Below, in pieces: positions 24,434-33,273 of a stretch of DNA of 49,809 bases. Made by a program: the position numbers and the translations under genes. Where the stretch lies: positions 1-49,809 of the forward strand of contig CAZPRT010000001.1 in the NCBI GenBank assembly GCA_964589205.1. Direction: 5' to 3'. This DNA comes from an uncultured Bordetella sp. Lineage in GTDB: Bacteria; Pseudomonadota; Gammaproteobacteria; Burkholderiales; Burkholderiaceae_A. A model generated the notes under the pieces. The model saw nothing but the letters and a program-made list of their open reading frames with translations, was not told the origin of the DNA and did no database searches. The stretch's first letter is position 1, and each line of letters opens with the position of its first letter.

Positions 24434-24841
24434 TCAGAGGCCCAGGGCCGCGATGCCGGCCTTGGCCACCTGAGCATCCTCGTGGGACTTCACATTTGAG
24501 ACGCCCACCGCACCGATGCAGTGGCCCTCGGCCATGATGGGAACGCCTCCCTCGAGCATGGCTTCCAGTTCCGGCGCAGACAGGAAAGACGTCCGTCCAC
24601 CGTTGATGATGTCCTCGTAGAGCTTGGACTCCCGGCGCCCGAGGGCTGCGGTGCGGGCCTTCTGGGGCGCAATGTGGGCCGAAATTGGGGGGGCACCATC
24701 GAGCCGCTTGAACCACAGCAGATGCCCGCCCTCATCGCAGATGGCGATGCTCACCTTGAATCCGTGCTGGTGGGCCTCGGCCTCGGCCGCGGCGCCAATT
24801 TTTTCAATGTCTGACTGGGTCAATGCTGGCTTCTGAATCAT
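24434..24841 (-). CDS. GlcG/HbpS family heme-binding protein
   Basis: VSIAICDEGG..RLDGA..KARTAA..EGGVPI..IGAVGVS. Confidence 0.88.
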   Translation of the reverse strand: MIQKPALTQSDIEKIGAAAEAEAHQHGFKVSIAICDEGGHLLWFKRLDGAPPISAHIAPQKARTAALGRRESKLYEDIINGGRTSFLSAPELEAMLEGGVPIMAEGHCIGAVGVSNVKSHEDAQVAKAGIAALGL

Positions 24842-24860
24842 TTGGACTCCTGATGGGGTT

Positions 24861-24882
24861 GCAATTAAAAATCATTCTCATT
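24861..24882. promoter_or_regulatory. Fur box
   Basis: GCAATTAAAAATCATTCTC matches 13/19 of GATAATGATAATCATTATC (counted by eye); upstream of the Fe3+-binding protein gene. Confidence 0.75.
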
Positions 24883-24942
24883 AAGCTTCAAGGTGTGCAC
24901 ACGTTCCGAACCCACCTCAACCACTTAATGAAGCGTACAACC

Positions 24943-25995
24943 ATGACCAGACGACTCCTACTGTCCACCACCCTCGTGGTGGCCGCCACGGCCACACTGC
25001 CCGCGCTGATTGCCGGCATGAGCACACCCGCCATGGCCCAATCCAATGTTCTCAACCTCTACACCGCCCGACATTACAGCAGCGACGATGCGCTGTACGC
25101 CCAATTCACTGCGAAGACCGGCATCAAGATCAATGTGGTGAGTTCGAGCGATGAACCGCTTTTGGAGCGCATCCGCAGCGAGGGAGCGGCCAGCCCGGCC
25201 GATGTGATCCTGCTGGTCGATGCCACCCGTCTGTGGCGGGCGCAGCAAGACGGCCTCTTTCAGCCGCTGAAATCTGCTGTCCTCGACAAGGCCATTCCAG
25301 CGGACCGCCGTGGCGGCGACGCCTGGGTGGGCCTCACCACCCGCGAGCGTGTCCTGATCATCGACCCCACCAGGGTCAAGCCCGAGCAGGTCTCGACCTA
25401 TGCAAGCCTTGCAGACCCCTCCCTCAAGGGTCTGGTCTGCTCCAGAACGGCATCCCACCCCTACATGCTCTCGCTCATCGGCTCGCAATTGGCCAAGCAG
25501 GGGCCGGAAAAAACCGAGGACTGGATGCGTGGCGTGATTAAAAACCTGGCGCGACCATCCAAAGGCGGCGATACGGACCAGATCCGGGCCGTGGCATCCG
25601 GCGAGTGCGGGGTGGCCATCTCAAACAGCTATTACTACGCCCGGCTCATGCGCAGCGACAAGCCAGAGGACAAGGCGGCCGTGGCCAAAACCCGACTGGT
25701 CTGGCCCGACCAGAAAGGCGATGGCACCCACCTGAACATCTCCGGCGGAGGCATTGCCAAGCATGCGCAGAATGCCGCCAACGCACGTGCATTCCTCGAA
25801 TTCCTCGCCAGCTCCGAGATTCAAGGGCAGTTCGCCATGGCCAACAATGAGCGGCCTGTGGTGGCCAAGGTGCCCTATGACAACCCCGCCCTAACAAAGC
25901 TTGGAGCCTTCAAGGCAGACCCCATGCCGGTGGAGAAATTCGCCAGTCAGAGCCGACTGGCGCAGCAGTTGGTGGACAAGACCGGCTGGCGTTAA
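24943..25995 (+). CDS. Fe(III) ABC transporter substrate-binding protein (FbpA/FutA-like)
   Basis: LNLYTARHYSSD, SPADV, GGDTDQIRAVASGEC, SNSYYYARL, HLNISGG; signal peptide MTRRLLL (alternative start 24928). Confidence 0.88.
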   Translation: MTRRLLLSTTLVVAATATLPALIAGMSTPAMAQSNVLNLYTARHYSSDDALYAQFTAKTGIKINVVSSSDEPLLERIRSEGAASPADVILLVDATRLWRAQQDGLFQPLKSAVLDKAIPADRRGGDAWVGLTTRERVLIIDPTRVKPEQVSTYASLADPSLKGLVCSRTASHPYMLSLIGSQLAKQGPEKTEDWMRGVIKNLARPSKGGDTDQIRAVASGECGVAISNSYYYARLMRSDKPEDKAAVAKTRLVWPDQKGDGTHLNISGGGIAKHAQNAANARAFLEFLASSEIQGQFAMANNERPVVAKVPYDNPALTKLGAFKADPMPVEKFASQSRLAQQLVDKTGWR

Positions 25996-26030
25996 CGCCG
26001 CTGATAAGACCGCTGGACGGGGCTCGGCCT

Positions 26031-26390
26031 CTACGTGGGGCCCACGGCCGCGATCACCTTGATCTCCACACGATAGGCCGGGGTGGCCATCTTGGCCTCC
26101 ACGGTGGCCCTGGGTGGGGTGTGGCCCGGCACCACCCAGGCATCCCAGACGCTGTTCATCAACTTGAAATCCGCCATGTCGGCCAGAAAGATCTGGACCG
26201 AGAGCAGCCGCGACTTGTCCGATCCGGCCTCGGCCAGCAGTCGGTCGATCGCATCGAGCACCTGCTGGGTCTGGCCGATCACGTCGGCGCTTGGATCTGC
26301 CGCAACCTGCCCCGCCAGATAGACCGTGCCCTGATGAATAGCCACCTCGGACATTCGTGCACCAACATGCATGCGCTTGATTTCAGACAT
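26031..26390 (-). CDS. RidA/YjgF family protein (YoaB-like)
   Basis: Start 26390; RMSEVAIH, VYLAGQV, MNSVWDAWV, PPRATVEA, VEIKVIAA. Confidence 0.9.
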   Translation of the reverse strand: MSEIKRMHVGARMSEVAIHQGTVYLAGQVAADPSADVIGQTQQVLDAIDRLLAEAGSDKSRLLSVQIFLADMADFKLMNSVWDAWVVPGHTPPRATVEAKMATPAYRVEIKVIAAVGPT

Positions 26391-27300
26391 CACTGCTCCT
26401 TTCAAAAATCCATTGAACAATCGTCTCGACCTCGTCGGCTCGAACGAGCGACGGGGCATGGCCAACCCCTTGCAAGGTGATAAGACGCGCCTTGGGGCCG
26501 CGATGGGTCATGGCCTTTGCCACCACGGGCGTGAGCAGATCACTGTCCGCACCACGCAGCAGCAGTGTGGGCACGTCGATGGCATCGTAGAGGGGCCAGA
26601 CATCCATGTCTGGGGGTGGTTCGCCCTCTGCCATCGCAAAGGCCTGACGAAAGGGTTCGGACAACGATGGGTCGTAGTGGAACCGATACCCATTGCCATC
26701 TGGGTGCAGCACGATTTCGGCCAAGTGTCGCCACTCCCCATCCGTGTGGGGACCAAAGCCGGCGAAGATCTTTCGAACCAGGGCCTCAGCCTCCTCAAAG
26801 TTCTCGAAATATGGGTCAGCCCCCAGATAGCGGCCGATCCGCCCGAGGGCCTCACCACTGACCACGGCCCCCACATCGTTGAGGACGAGCGAGCGCAGCC
26901 GAACGGCCGGATATCGATCGGCCCGATCTGGTGCACCCGCCAGAATCATGGCGATCAGTCCGCCCATGGAGGTGCCCACCCAATGCATGGGTGGCAAGAC
27001 CAACTGCTCGGCCATGGACTGCATGTCATCTGCGTACTGCGTCACGAGGTAGTGCTGCGGATCGGAAAGCCAGTCGGACGCGCCTCGGCCCACCACATCG
27101 GGGGCCAGCACCCGGTGGGTCTCGGCGAGCCGCTCTGCCAGTCGTTGAAAGTCGTGCCCGACCCGGGTGAGGCCGTGCACGCAGACCACCACCTGGGCGT
27201 TCGCTGGGCTGCCCCACTCGTGCACCACCATGCGGTGCGGCCCACTCGGGCTGCTGCACTGGATCGTATGGCGACGCACGGGGCTTGGTTTGAGATTCAT
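26383..27300 (-). CDS. Alpha/beta hydrolase, probable 3-hydroxybutyrate-oligomer hydrolase (PhaY2/PhaZc-like)
   Basis: CVHGLTR, PDVVGRGASD, lipase box GTSMGG, GVGHAP; divergent from bdhA. Confidence 0.75.
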   Translation of the reverse strand: MNLKPSPVRRHTIQCSSPSGPHRMVVHEWGSPANAQVVVCVHGLTRVGHDFQRLAERLAETHRVLAPDVVGRGASDWLSDPQHYLVTQYADDMQSMAEQLVLPPMHWVGTSMGGLIAMILAGAPDRADRYPAVRLRSLVLNDVGAVVSGEALGRIGRYLGADPYFENFEEAEALVRKIFAGFGPHTDGEWRHLAEIVLHPDGNGYRFHYDPSLSEPFRQAFAMAEGEPPPDMDVWPLYDAIDVPTLLLRGADSDLLTPVVAKAMTHRGPKARLITLQGVGHAPSLVRADEVETIVQWIFERSSDV

Positions 27301-27325
27301 TGCGCTGCGAGACTATCATCCCTGC

Positions 27326-28147
27326 ATGACCAAAACGACAACCCGCGGCAATGCAGCCCACGGCCAACTGCGCGGCAGGGTGGCCCTCATCACAGGCTCC
27401 ACCAGTGGCATTGGGCTTGGCCTGGCCGAGGCCTTTGCAGCCGAGGGTGCCTCTCTGGTGATCAACGGATTCTCCAGCCCAGCGGAGGTCGAGGCCATCG
27501 TCTCGAGGCTCTCATCCCTCAGCCAGGCCCCTGTGCACTATCACGGGGCGGACATGTCTCGCCCCGCGGAGATCGCGGAGTTGGTTGGCCACGCGGAGCA
27601 CACCTTGGGACGGCTGGACATCCTCATTAACAATGCCGGCATTCAGCATGTGGCCCCTGTCGAGGAGTTTCCCACCGAGCGGTGGGATGCCGTCATTGCG
27701 ATCAACCTCACGGCGGCTTTTCACACGATTCGGGCCGCCCTCCCAGGCATGAGAGCCCGGGGCCACGGGCGAATCATCAACCTCGCCTCAGCCCACGGAC
27801 TGGTCGCCTCTGTCAACAAATCGGCCTACGTCGCGGCCAAACATGGCCTTGTCGGCCTGACCAAGGTGGTGGCCCTCGAGACCGCACAGACCGACATCAC
27901 CTGCAATGCAATCTGCCCCGGCTGGGTCCTGACCCCACTGGTGCAAAAGCAGGTCGAGGCGCGGGCCGCGCAAGAGCAGGTGTCTGTTGAAGAGGCCAAG
28001 TCGAGACTCTTACTGGAGAAGCAGCCCTCCGGGGAATTCGTCACCCCGGACCAGCTCGCCGGCCTGGCGCTATTTCTGTGCAGCCCAGCGGCCAGTCAGG
28101 TGCGCGGTGCGGCCTGGAATGTCGACGGGGGCTGGCTGGCCCAGTGA
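27326..28147 (+). CDS. bdhA: D-3-hydroxybutyrate dehydrogenase
   Basis: TGSTSGIG, NNAGIQHV, SAHGLVASVNKSAYVAAKHG, CPGWVLTPLVQKQ, EKQPS; start moved to ATG 27326. Confidence 0.92.
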   Translation: MTKTTTRGNAAHGQLRGRVALITGSTSGIGLGLAEAFAAEGASLVINGFSSPAEVEAIVSRLSSLSQAPVHYHGADMSRPAEIAELVGHAEHTLGRLDILINNAGIQHVAPVEEFPTERWDAVIAINLTAAFHTIRAALPGMRARGHGRIINLASAHGLVASVNKSAYVAAKHGLVGLTKVVALETAQTDITCNAICPGWVLTPLVQKQVEARAAQEQVSVEEAKSRLLLEKQPSGEFVTPDQLAGLALFLCSPAASQVRGAAWNVDGGWLAQ

Positions 28148-30568
28148 GGGTTGAGGCCCGAGGCCAGGCTCGGCCCCTCGTGGACGGTGCCAAAAACGGC
28201 GGGTTTCCGACGCGGCCTCTCGCAGCCTGAACCCACCAGCGCCGGCCTGCGTGGGCCAGTCGATCTGAAGGCCCCCCATGAGATCGGTGCGTGCCACGGC
28301 AATCCCATGCCGGGCATGCCGTTCAATCACCTCGGGGGCCGGGTGGGCGAAACGCCCCTTGTAGGCCGACTGGGCCACCGACAGCACCGGCCTGACACGG
28401 CCGAGCAAGGCATCCGATGAGGAGGTCTTGCTGCCATGGTGCGGCATGAGCAAAACCGTTGGCCCCTGGCCAACCCAAGGTGCCCGCTCCAGCATGGCAC
28501 GCTCTTGCTCGGCCGGAATGTCCCCGGTCAACAGCAGTCGATTGCCTTGGGCATCGATCACCTCGAGCACACAGGAATCTTCGTTCCGCCCGCGCTGCTG
28601 CGGGGATGGTGGATCGTCAGCAAACGGAAAAACAACCCGAAACCAGACCCCGTCCCAGACCCAGGACTGACCAGCCTCGCACCGGACCTGAGGCTGCTCG
28701 ATGCGGCCTGTCATGGTCGTGAGGAGAAAGCCGGGTCGCATCGTGGACCAGACCGTCTCCAGGCCCGAACTGTGATCGATGTCTGCATGGGTGATGACCA
28801 GGCCATCGAGCCCGCGCACACCCAGGGCTGCGAACTGCGGGACCAACACGCGCTCGGCTGCCGTCGATGCGCCCATGGGCGGACCGGTGTCCACCAACAG
28901 AGCATGGTGCTGGGTCTGCACCAGCACTGCACTGCCCTGCCCCACATCGAAGAAATGCGCCCGCATGCCACCCTCCGGAAGCGCGACTGCTGTCGGCCAG
29001 AGCAAGGTGAGCACACCAAGCCAGCCTGCATGCCGCCATCGAGGCAGGCCGGACTGCAGGGCGAGACCCGCCCCAAGAACGGCGACCACCGAAGCCCAGA
29101 CAGCAGGCGCATGCCAACGCAGGCTTGCCCCTTCCCAGGCCGACATCCAGACAAGCTGATCAAAGAGCCAGCCAAAGACGAGCTCGCCCAGCATGAGAGG
29201 CATGGTGACCCCGTAGAAGGCCAGCAAGGCCCCCAGCATGGCCAGGGGGGTCACCACAAAGGTCACGATGGGAATTGCCAAGGCATTGGCCAGTGGCCCC
29301 ACCACCGAGAGTTGTTGGAAGAAGACGATGGTCAGCGGGGCAATGCCCAGCGTGATCGCCAACTGGGCGCGCACGGCTGCGGCAGCGCCACCCTTCCATC
29401 CCAACTTGGCACTGGGCATGCCAAAGAGCACCGCCACTGCAAAAAAGGAGAGCCAGAATCCGGGTGCGAGCAAGGCCAGGGGGTCAAGCAGGAGAATGGC
29501 CAGGAGCGTGAGGCTCAGGATGGCCCAGGGCTGCGCCTGAAGCCCACTGACCGTGGCCAGCGCCGCCACGGTGACCATCCAGGCGGTTCGCTGTGCAGGA
29601 AGGTTAAAGCCCGCGAGCAGCGCATAACCAAACGCGGCCAGACTGGCGGCGACTGCAGCAGCAACGGGTGTGGGCACATGGAGGGCGAGCTTGAGCGGCG
29701 GTCGACTGAGCAGGCCCCAGAGCAGCCCCACCAGGCCACGCGCCAAGACAGCAAACATCGTGACGTGCATGCCAGAAATGCTCATGAGGTGGGATACGCC
29801 GGTGGTGGCAAAAATGGCCCAGTCCGATGCCGAAATGGCCTGCTGCTCACCCACCACCAGGCCAGAGAGCACACCCGCGTGTCGCGCCTCTGGGACCGCA
29901 GCGGCAATGGCCCGCCGAATGGCATCTCGGGCCCGATCGATCTGAGAGGAAAGGCTGCGCGATTCTCCGGAGAGCACTGCGGGAAGACTGGCCGACTCAC
30001 GCACCTGGGCGGTCACCTGAACCCGCTTCTGAAAAAGCCACGTCTCGAGATCGAAGCCATGGAAGTTGCGCGTGCCTGCCGGGTGACGGACCTTCGCATA
30101 CAGCCTCCACTGCTGACCGGGGGCCAGCCGTCGCTCCGGCGCCTCGACTGAGACAGGCCAGTTCACCATAAGGCTGCGGCCATGCACAAGGTCTCGGGCC
30201 TGGAAGCGCCAGGACGGCCGTTCACCGTCGTGGTGCTGGGGTAGATCCTCGATCTCCAGGTGCAAGGCCATCACCGTCCCCTCCTCCTGCGGACTCAATG
30301 CCAGTTGCAGGATCTGATCGGAGCGCCAGGCGCCCCAACTGGCAGCCAGACAGGCGATGGCGAGCACCGTGATGAGCGTTGCGAGCCCACCTTGCAGACG
30401 TTGGCCGATGGCTGATGTCGAGGCTCGCGAGAGCCACCCACCCGCCACCGCGAGCAGTGCACCCACGGCCGCCAAATTGCGCCAATCTGGAAGATCGGGC
30501 TGGCGCAGCAAGACGGCCAGACCCAACAGGCTGGCCAATGCCAGCCTGTAGAGGAGCGGAATGTTCAT
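28070..30568 (-). CDS. comEC: DNA uptake protein ComEC/Rec2
   Basis: TGVSHLMSISGMHV, GFWLSF, MBL domain DVGQG..DTG..THADIDH..LLTGD..PHHGS. Confidence 0.93.
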   Translation of the reverse strand: MNIPLLYRLALASLLGLAVLLRQPDLPDWRNLAAVGALLAVAGGWLSRASTSAIGQRLQGGLATLITVLAIACLAASWGAWRSDQILQLALSPQEEGTVMALHLEIEDLPQHHDGERPSWRFQARDLVHGRSLMVNWPVSVEAPERRLAPGQQWRLYAKVRHPAGTRNFHGFDLETWLFQKRVQVTAQVRESASLPAVLSGESRSLSSQIDRARDAIRRAIAAAVPEARHAGVLSGLVVGEQQAISASDWAIFATTGVSHLMSISGMHVTMFAVLARGLVGLLWGLLSRPPLKLALHVPTPVAAAVAASLAAFGYALLAGFNLPAQRTAWMVTVAALATVSGLQAQPWAILSLTLLAILLLDPLALLAPGFWLSFFAVAVLFGMPSAKLGWKGGAAAAVRAQLAITLGIAPLTIVFFQQLSVVGPLANALAIPIVTFVVTPLAMLGALLAFYGVTMPLMLGELVFGWLFDQLVWMSAWEGASLRWHAPAVWASVVAVLGAGLALQSGLPRWRHAGWLGVLTLLWPTAVALPEGGMRAHFFDVGQGSAVLVQTQHHALLVDTGPPMGASTAAERVLVPQFAALGVRGLDGLVITHADIDHSSGLETVWSTMRPGFLLTTMTGRIEQPQVRCEAGQSWVWDGVWFRVVFPFADDPPSPQQRGRNEDSCVLEVIDAQGNRLLLTGDIPAEQERAMLERAPWVGQGPTVLLMPHHGSKTSSSDALLGRVRPVLSVAQSAYKGRFAHPAPEVIERHARHGIAVARTDLMGGLQIDWPTQAGAGGFRLREAASETRRFWHRPRGAEPGLGPQPSLGQPAPVDIPGRTAHLTGRWAAQK

Positions 30569-31353
30569 GCCCGGGGGTGGGCGAGCGCGAGAAGTCGGGG
30601 CAGCGCCTCTACAGCGGCCGATGTGGTGGCGTTGTCGATGACCTCTAAGGTGGTCTTGCGCAATTCGGCCAAGGTGTTCGCCACGCCCGCCGTATGCTCC
30701 GGCGCATTGGCCTGGCCCTTGGCCAGCCAGGACGGCGCGATGTCGGGGCTGTCGGTCTCCAGCACCATGGCCGACAGCGGCAATGCTTCGGCCAGGGCTC
30801 GAATGCGGGTTGAACGCGAGTACGTGAGCGTGCCGCCAAAGCCAAGCTTCATGCCCTGGCTCAGATAGGCCTGGGCTTGGACCATGCTGCCGTTGAAGGC
30901 ATGGGCGATGCCACGCCGAATGCCGAAACGCCGAAGACCTTTGAGCACTTGGTCTTGGGCACGACGGACATGCAGGACCACCGGCAGGTCGTGGTCTCGG
31001 GCCAGCCGGAGTTGAGCGTGAAAGAGGAATTCCATACGGGTCCGATCCAGAGAGGGCACAAAGTGATCAAGGCCGATCTCCCCAACGCCTACGAGCTTCG
31101 GATCGTCTCGGGCCTCCACCAGCGCATTCTGGAGGGCAACCAGGTCTGCATCTGTCGTCTGATTGGTGGAGCAGGGATGCAGGCCCAAGCAGTAATAGAC
31201 CCCTGGCATCTGGGCGGCCAGCCTGCGCACCCGTGCAAAGTTTTCTGCAGAGACGGCCGGACAGACGACGGCAAGTACGCCCCTGGCCTGGGCTGCCAAC
31301 ACAGCAGCCTTCGGGTCGTCTAGAAAATCAAGGTGGCAGTGCGTGTCAATCAA
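30565..31353 (-). CDS. TatD family nuclease
   Basis: IDTHCHLD, GLHP, GEIGLD, LHVRR, HAF, ETDSP; TTG start at 31353 (alternative 31368). Confidence 0.9.
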   Translation of the reverse strand: MIDTHCHLDFLDDPKAAVLAAQARGVLAVVCPAVSAENFARVRRLAAQMPGVYYCLGLHPCSTNQTTDADLVALQNALVEARDDPKLVGVGEIGLDHFVPSLDRTRMEFLFHAQLRLARDHDLPVVLHVRRAQDQVLKGLRRFGIRRGIAHAFNGSMVQAQAYLSQGMKLGFGGTLTYSRSTRIRALAEALPLSAMVLETDSPDIAPSWLAKGQANAPEHTAGVANTLAELRKTTLEVIDNATTSAAVEALPRLLALAHPRA

Positions 31354-32017
31354 GTCGCGCCATCTCAAATCGCCGGTCGCAACGGGCTGCCAAGGCTGGG
31401 TCGTGGGTCACGACAATGAGGGCCGAGGATTGACTGCGCACCCCTTCAACCAGGAGGTCGAAGACGCGTCCTGATGCCTCACGGTCCAGGTTGCCGGTGG
31501 GCTCATCGGCGAGCACCACTGCTGGCGCTGTCACCAAAGCCCGTGCAATCGCCACACGCTGACGTTCACCGCCAGAGAGTTGTGCAGGCCGGTGGTCCAG
31601 CCGATCCGCCAGACCGACGCGCTCAAGCAGAACCCGGGCCGCGCCTTGCGCAGCCTCGCGCGGCATCCGGCGAATCCACAAGGGCATGGCCACATTGTCC
31701 AGTGCCGAGAACTCACCCAGCAGGTGATGAAACTGGTACACAAAACCGATGGCCTCGTTACGTATCGTGGTTCGCTCGGCATCGGCCATGCTCGAGAAGG
31801 CGGCGCCCCGGAAGCGCACCTCACCGGCGCTGGGCCGATCAAGCCCCCCGAGCAACTGAAGGAGCGTGCTCTTGCCAACGCCAGAGGGCCCCACGATGGC
31901 CAGTGTCTCTCCATTAAAGACAGACAGGTCTAGATCCCGAAAGGGACAGACGGCCCGGGGCCCATCGGAGAACTGCTTGGTGAGCCCAATGGCCTCCAGC
32001 ACGGGCGGGTCAATCAT
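31346..32017 (-). CDS. lolD: Lipoprotein-releasing ABC ATPase
   Basis: GPSGVGKST, LolD motif GFVYQFHHLL, LSGGERQR, DEPTGNLD. Confidence 0.94.
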   Translation of the reverse strand: MIDPPVLEAIGLTKQFSDGPRAVCPFRDLDLSVFNGETLAIVGPSGVGKSTLLQLLGGLDRPSAGEVRFRGAAFSSMADAERTTIRNEAIGFVYQFHHLLGEFSALDNVAMPLWIRRMPREAAQGAARVLLERVGLADRLDHRPAQLSGGERQRVAIARALVTAPAVVLADEPTGNLDREASGRVFDLLVEGVRSQSSALIVVTHDPALAARCDRRFEMARLD

Positions 32018-33248
32018 GTCGGAGTGCCTCGGCCGGATCGGTGTTGGCCGCTCGCCAGCTCGGGTAGACCGTGGCCAAGAGCGACAGAATCAAGGAGACA
32101 AGCCCCACCTGGACAACGTCCTGGAGGCGCAGGTCACTGGGCAGCTGATTGATCAGGTAGATGCCCTTGGGAAGGACCTGGAACCCGAACCAGGTCTCCA
32201 GCGACGCAACCCAGGCGCCGATGTTCAAGGCCCCCGTCACGCCCATGGCCAGACCGAGCAGGACACCGAGCACGCCAAGGCTCGCACCCTGCACCATGAA
32301 GATCAGCAGAATCGATGTGCGCTGCGCCCCCAGCGTGCGCAGAATGGCAATGTCACCGCGCTTGTCCATCACAGTCATGACGAGCATGGAGACCAGGTTG
32401 AAGGCCGCCACTGCAATGATCAGCGTGAGGATGATGAACATCATTCGCTTCTCGAGCTGCACGGCCGCAAACCAGTTTCGGTTCTCTTGGGTCCAGTCTC
32501 TGGCCACCAGGCCCGACGGCAGTTGAACACCCACTGCACTGCTCACCGCTGGCGCCGACTGCATGTCCGACAATCGCGCACGAAGCCCCACCAGGGCCTG
32601 GCCCCGGAAAAAGGCCAGGGCATCCTGTTGGTGGATGAAGACGAGGGCGCTGTCGTAGTCGTGGTGACCGGATGCAAAGATGCCAACCACCTCGAAGGTT
32701 TTCATTCGGGGAAGGATCCCAGCGGGCCCGGCTGCAGTATCTGCCGTGACAAGGCTCAGACCGTCTCCCACGGAGAGGCTCATGGTGATGGCCAGCTCAC
32801 GGCCAATCACCACACCAAACCGCCGCTCGGACAGGGCCTTCAGTGAGCCGGCATCCAGGGACTGAAGTGCGGGTGTGACACCGACCTCTTGTGTGGGGTC
32901 GATCCCGCGGATCATCAGGCCTTTCATCTGATCACCCCTCACCGTCATGGCCTGCCCCACCACGAAGGGAGCCGTGGCGAGAACACCGGGCTGGCCTGAA
33001 AGAAGCGACTTGGCTGCATCGAGTTCATCGGCATCGGCTGCGAGGGCGAGCACCTCGACATGCGAGAGCACGCCGAGCATGCGATCGCGGACCTCCTTCT
33101 GGAAGCCATTCATGACGGAGAGCACGATGATCAGCGCGGCCACGCCGAGGCCAATGCCTGCGGTGGCCATGAAGGAAATAAAGTTGACGAACCGTGTCGA
33201 GCGGCCGGCGCGGGTGTAGCGGAGCCCGACGTGCAGTTCAAAGCGCAT
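32010..33248 (-). CDS. lolE: Lipoprotein-releasing permease LolC/E
   Basis: Start moved to ATG 33248; LSVMNGFQKEVRDRML, AVAAFNLVS, IAILRTLGA, PAEALR. Confidence 0.9.
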   Translation of the reverse strand: MRFELHVGLRYTRAGRSTRFVNFISFMATAGIGLGVAALIIVLSVMNGFQKEVRDRMLGVLSHVEVLALAADADELDAAKSLLSGQPGVLATAPFVVGQAMTVRGDQMKGLMIRGIDPTQEVGVTPALQSLDAGSLKALSERRFGVVIGRELAITMSLSVGDGLSLVTADTAAGPAGILPRMKTFEVVGIFASGHHDYDSALVFIHQQDALAFFRGQALVGLRARLSDMQSAPAVSSAVGVQLPSGLVARDWTQENRNWFAAVQLEKRMMFIILTLIIAVAAFNLVSMLVMTVMDKRGDIAILRTLGAQRTSILLIFMVQGASLGVLGVLLGLAMGVTGALNIGAWVASLETWFGFQVLPKGIYLINQLPSDLRLQDVVQVGLVSLILSLLATVYPSWRAANTDPAEALRHD

Positions 33249-33273
33249 GAAATGAGTTTGCCATACTCCCCTC

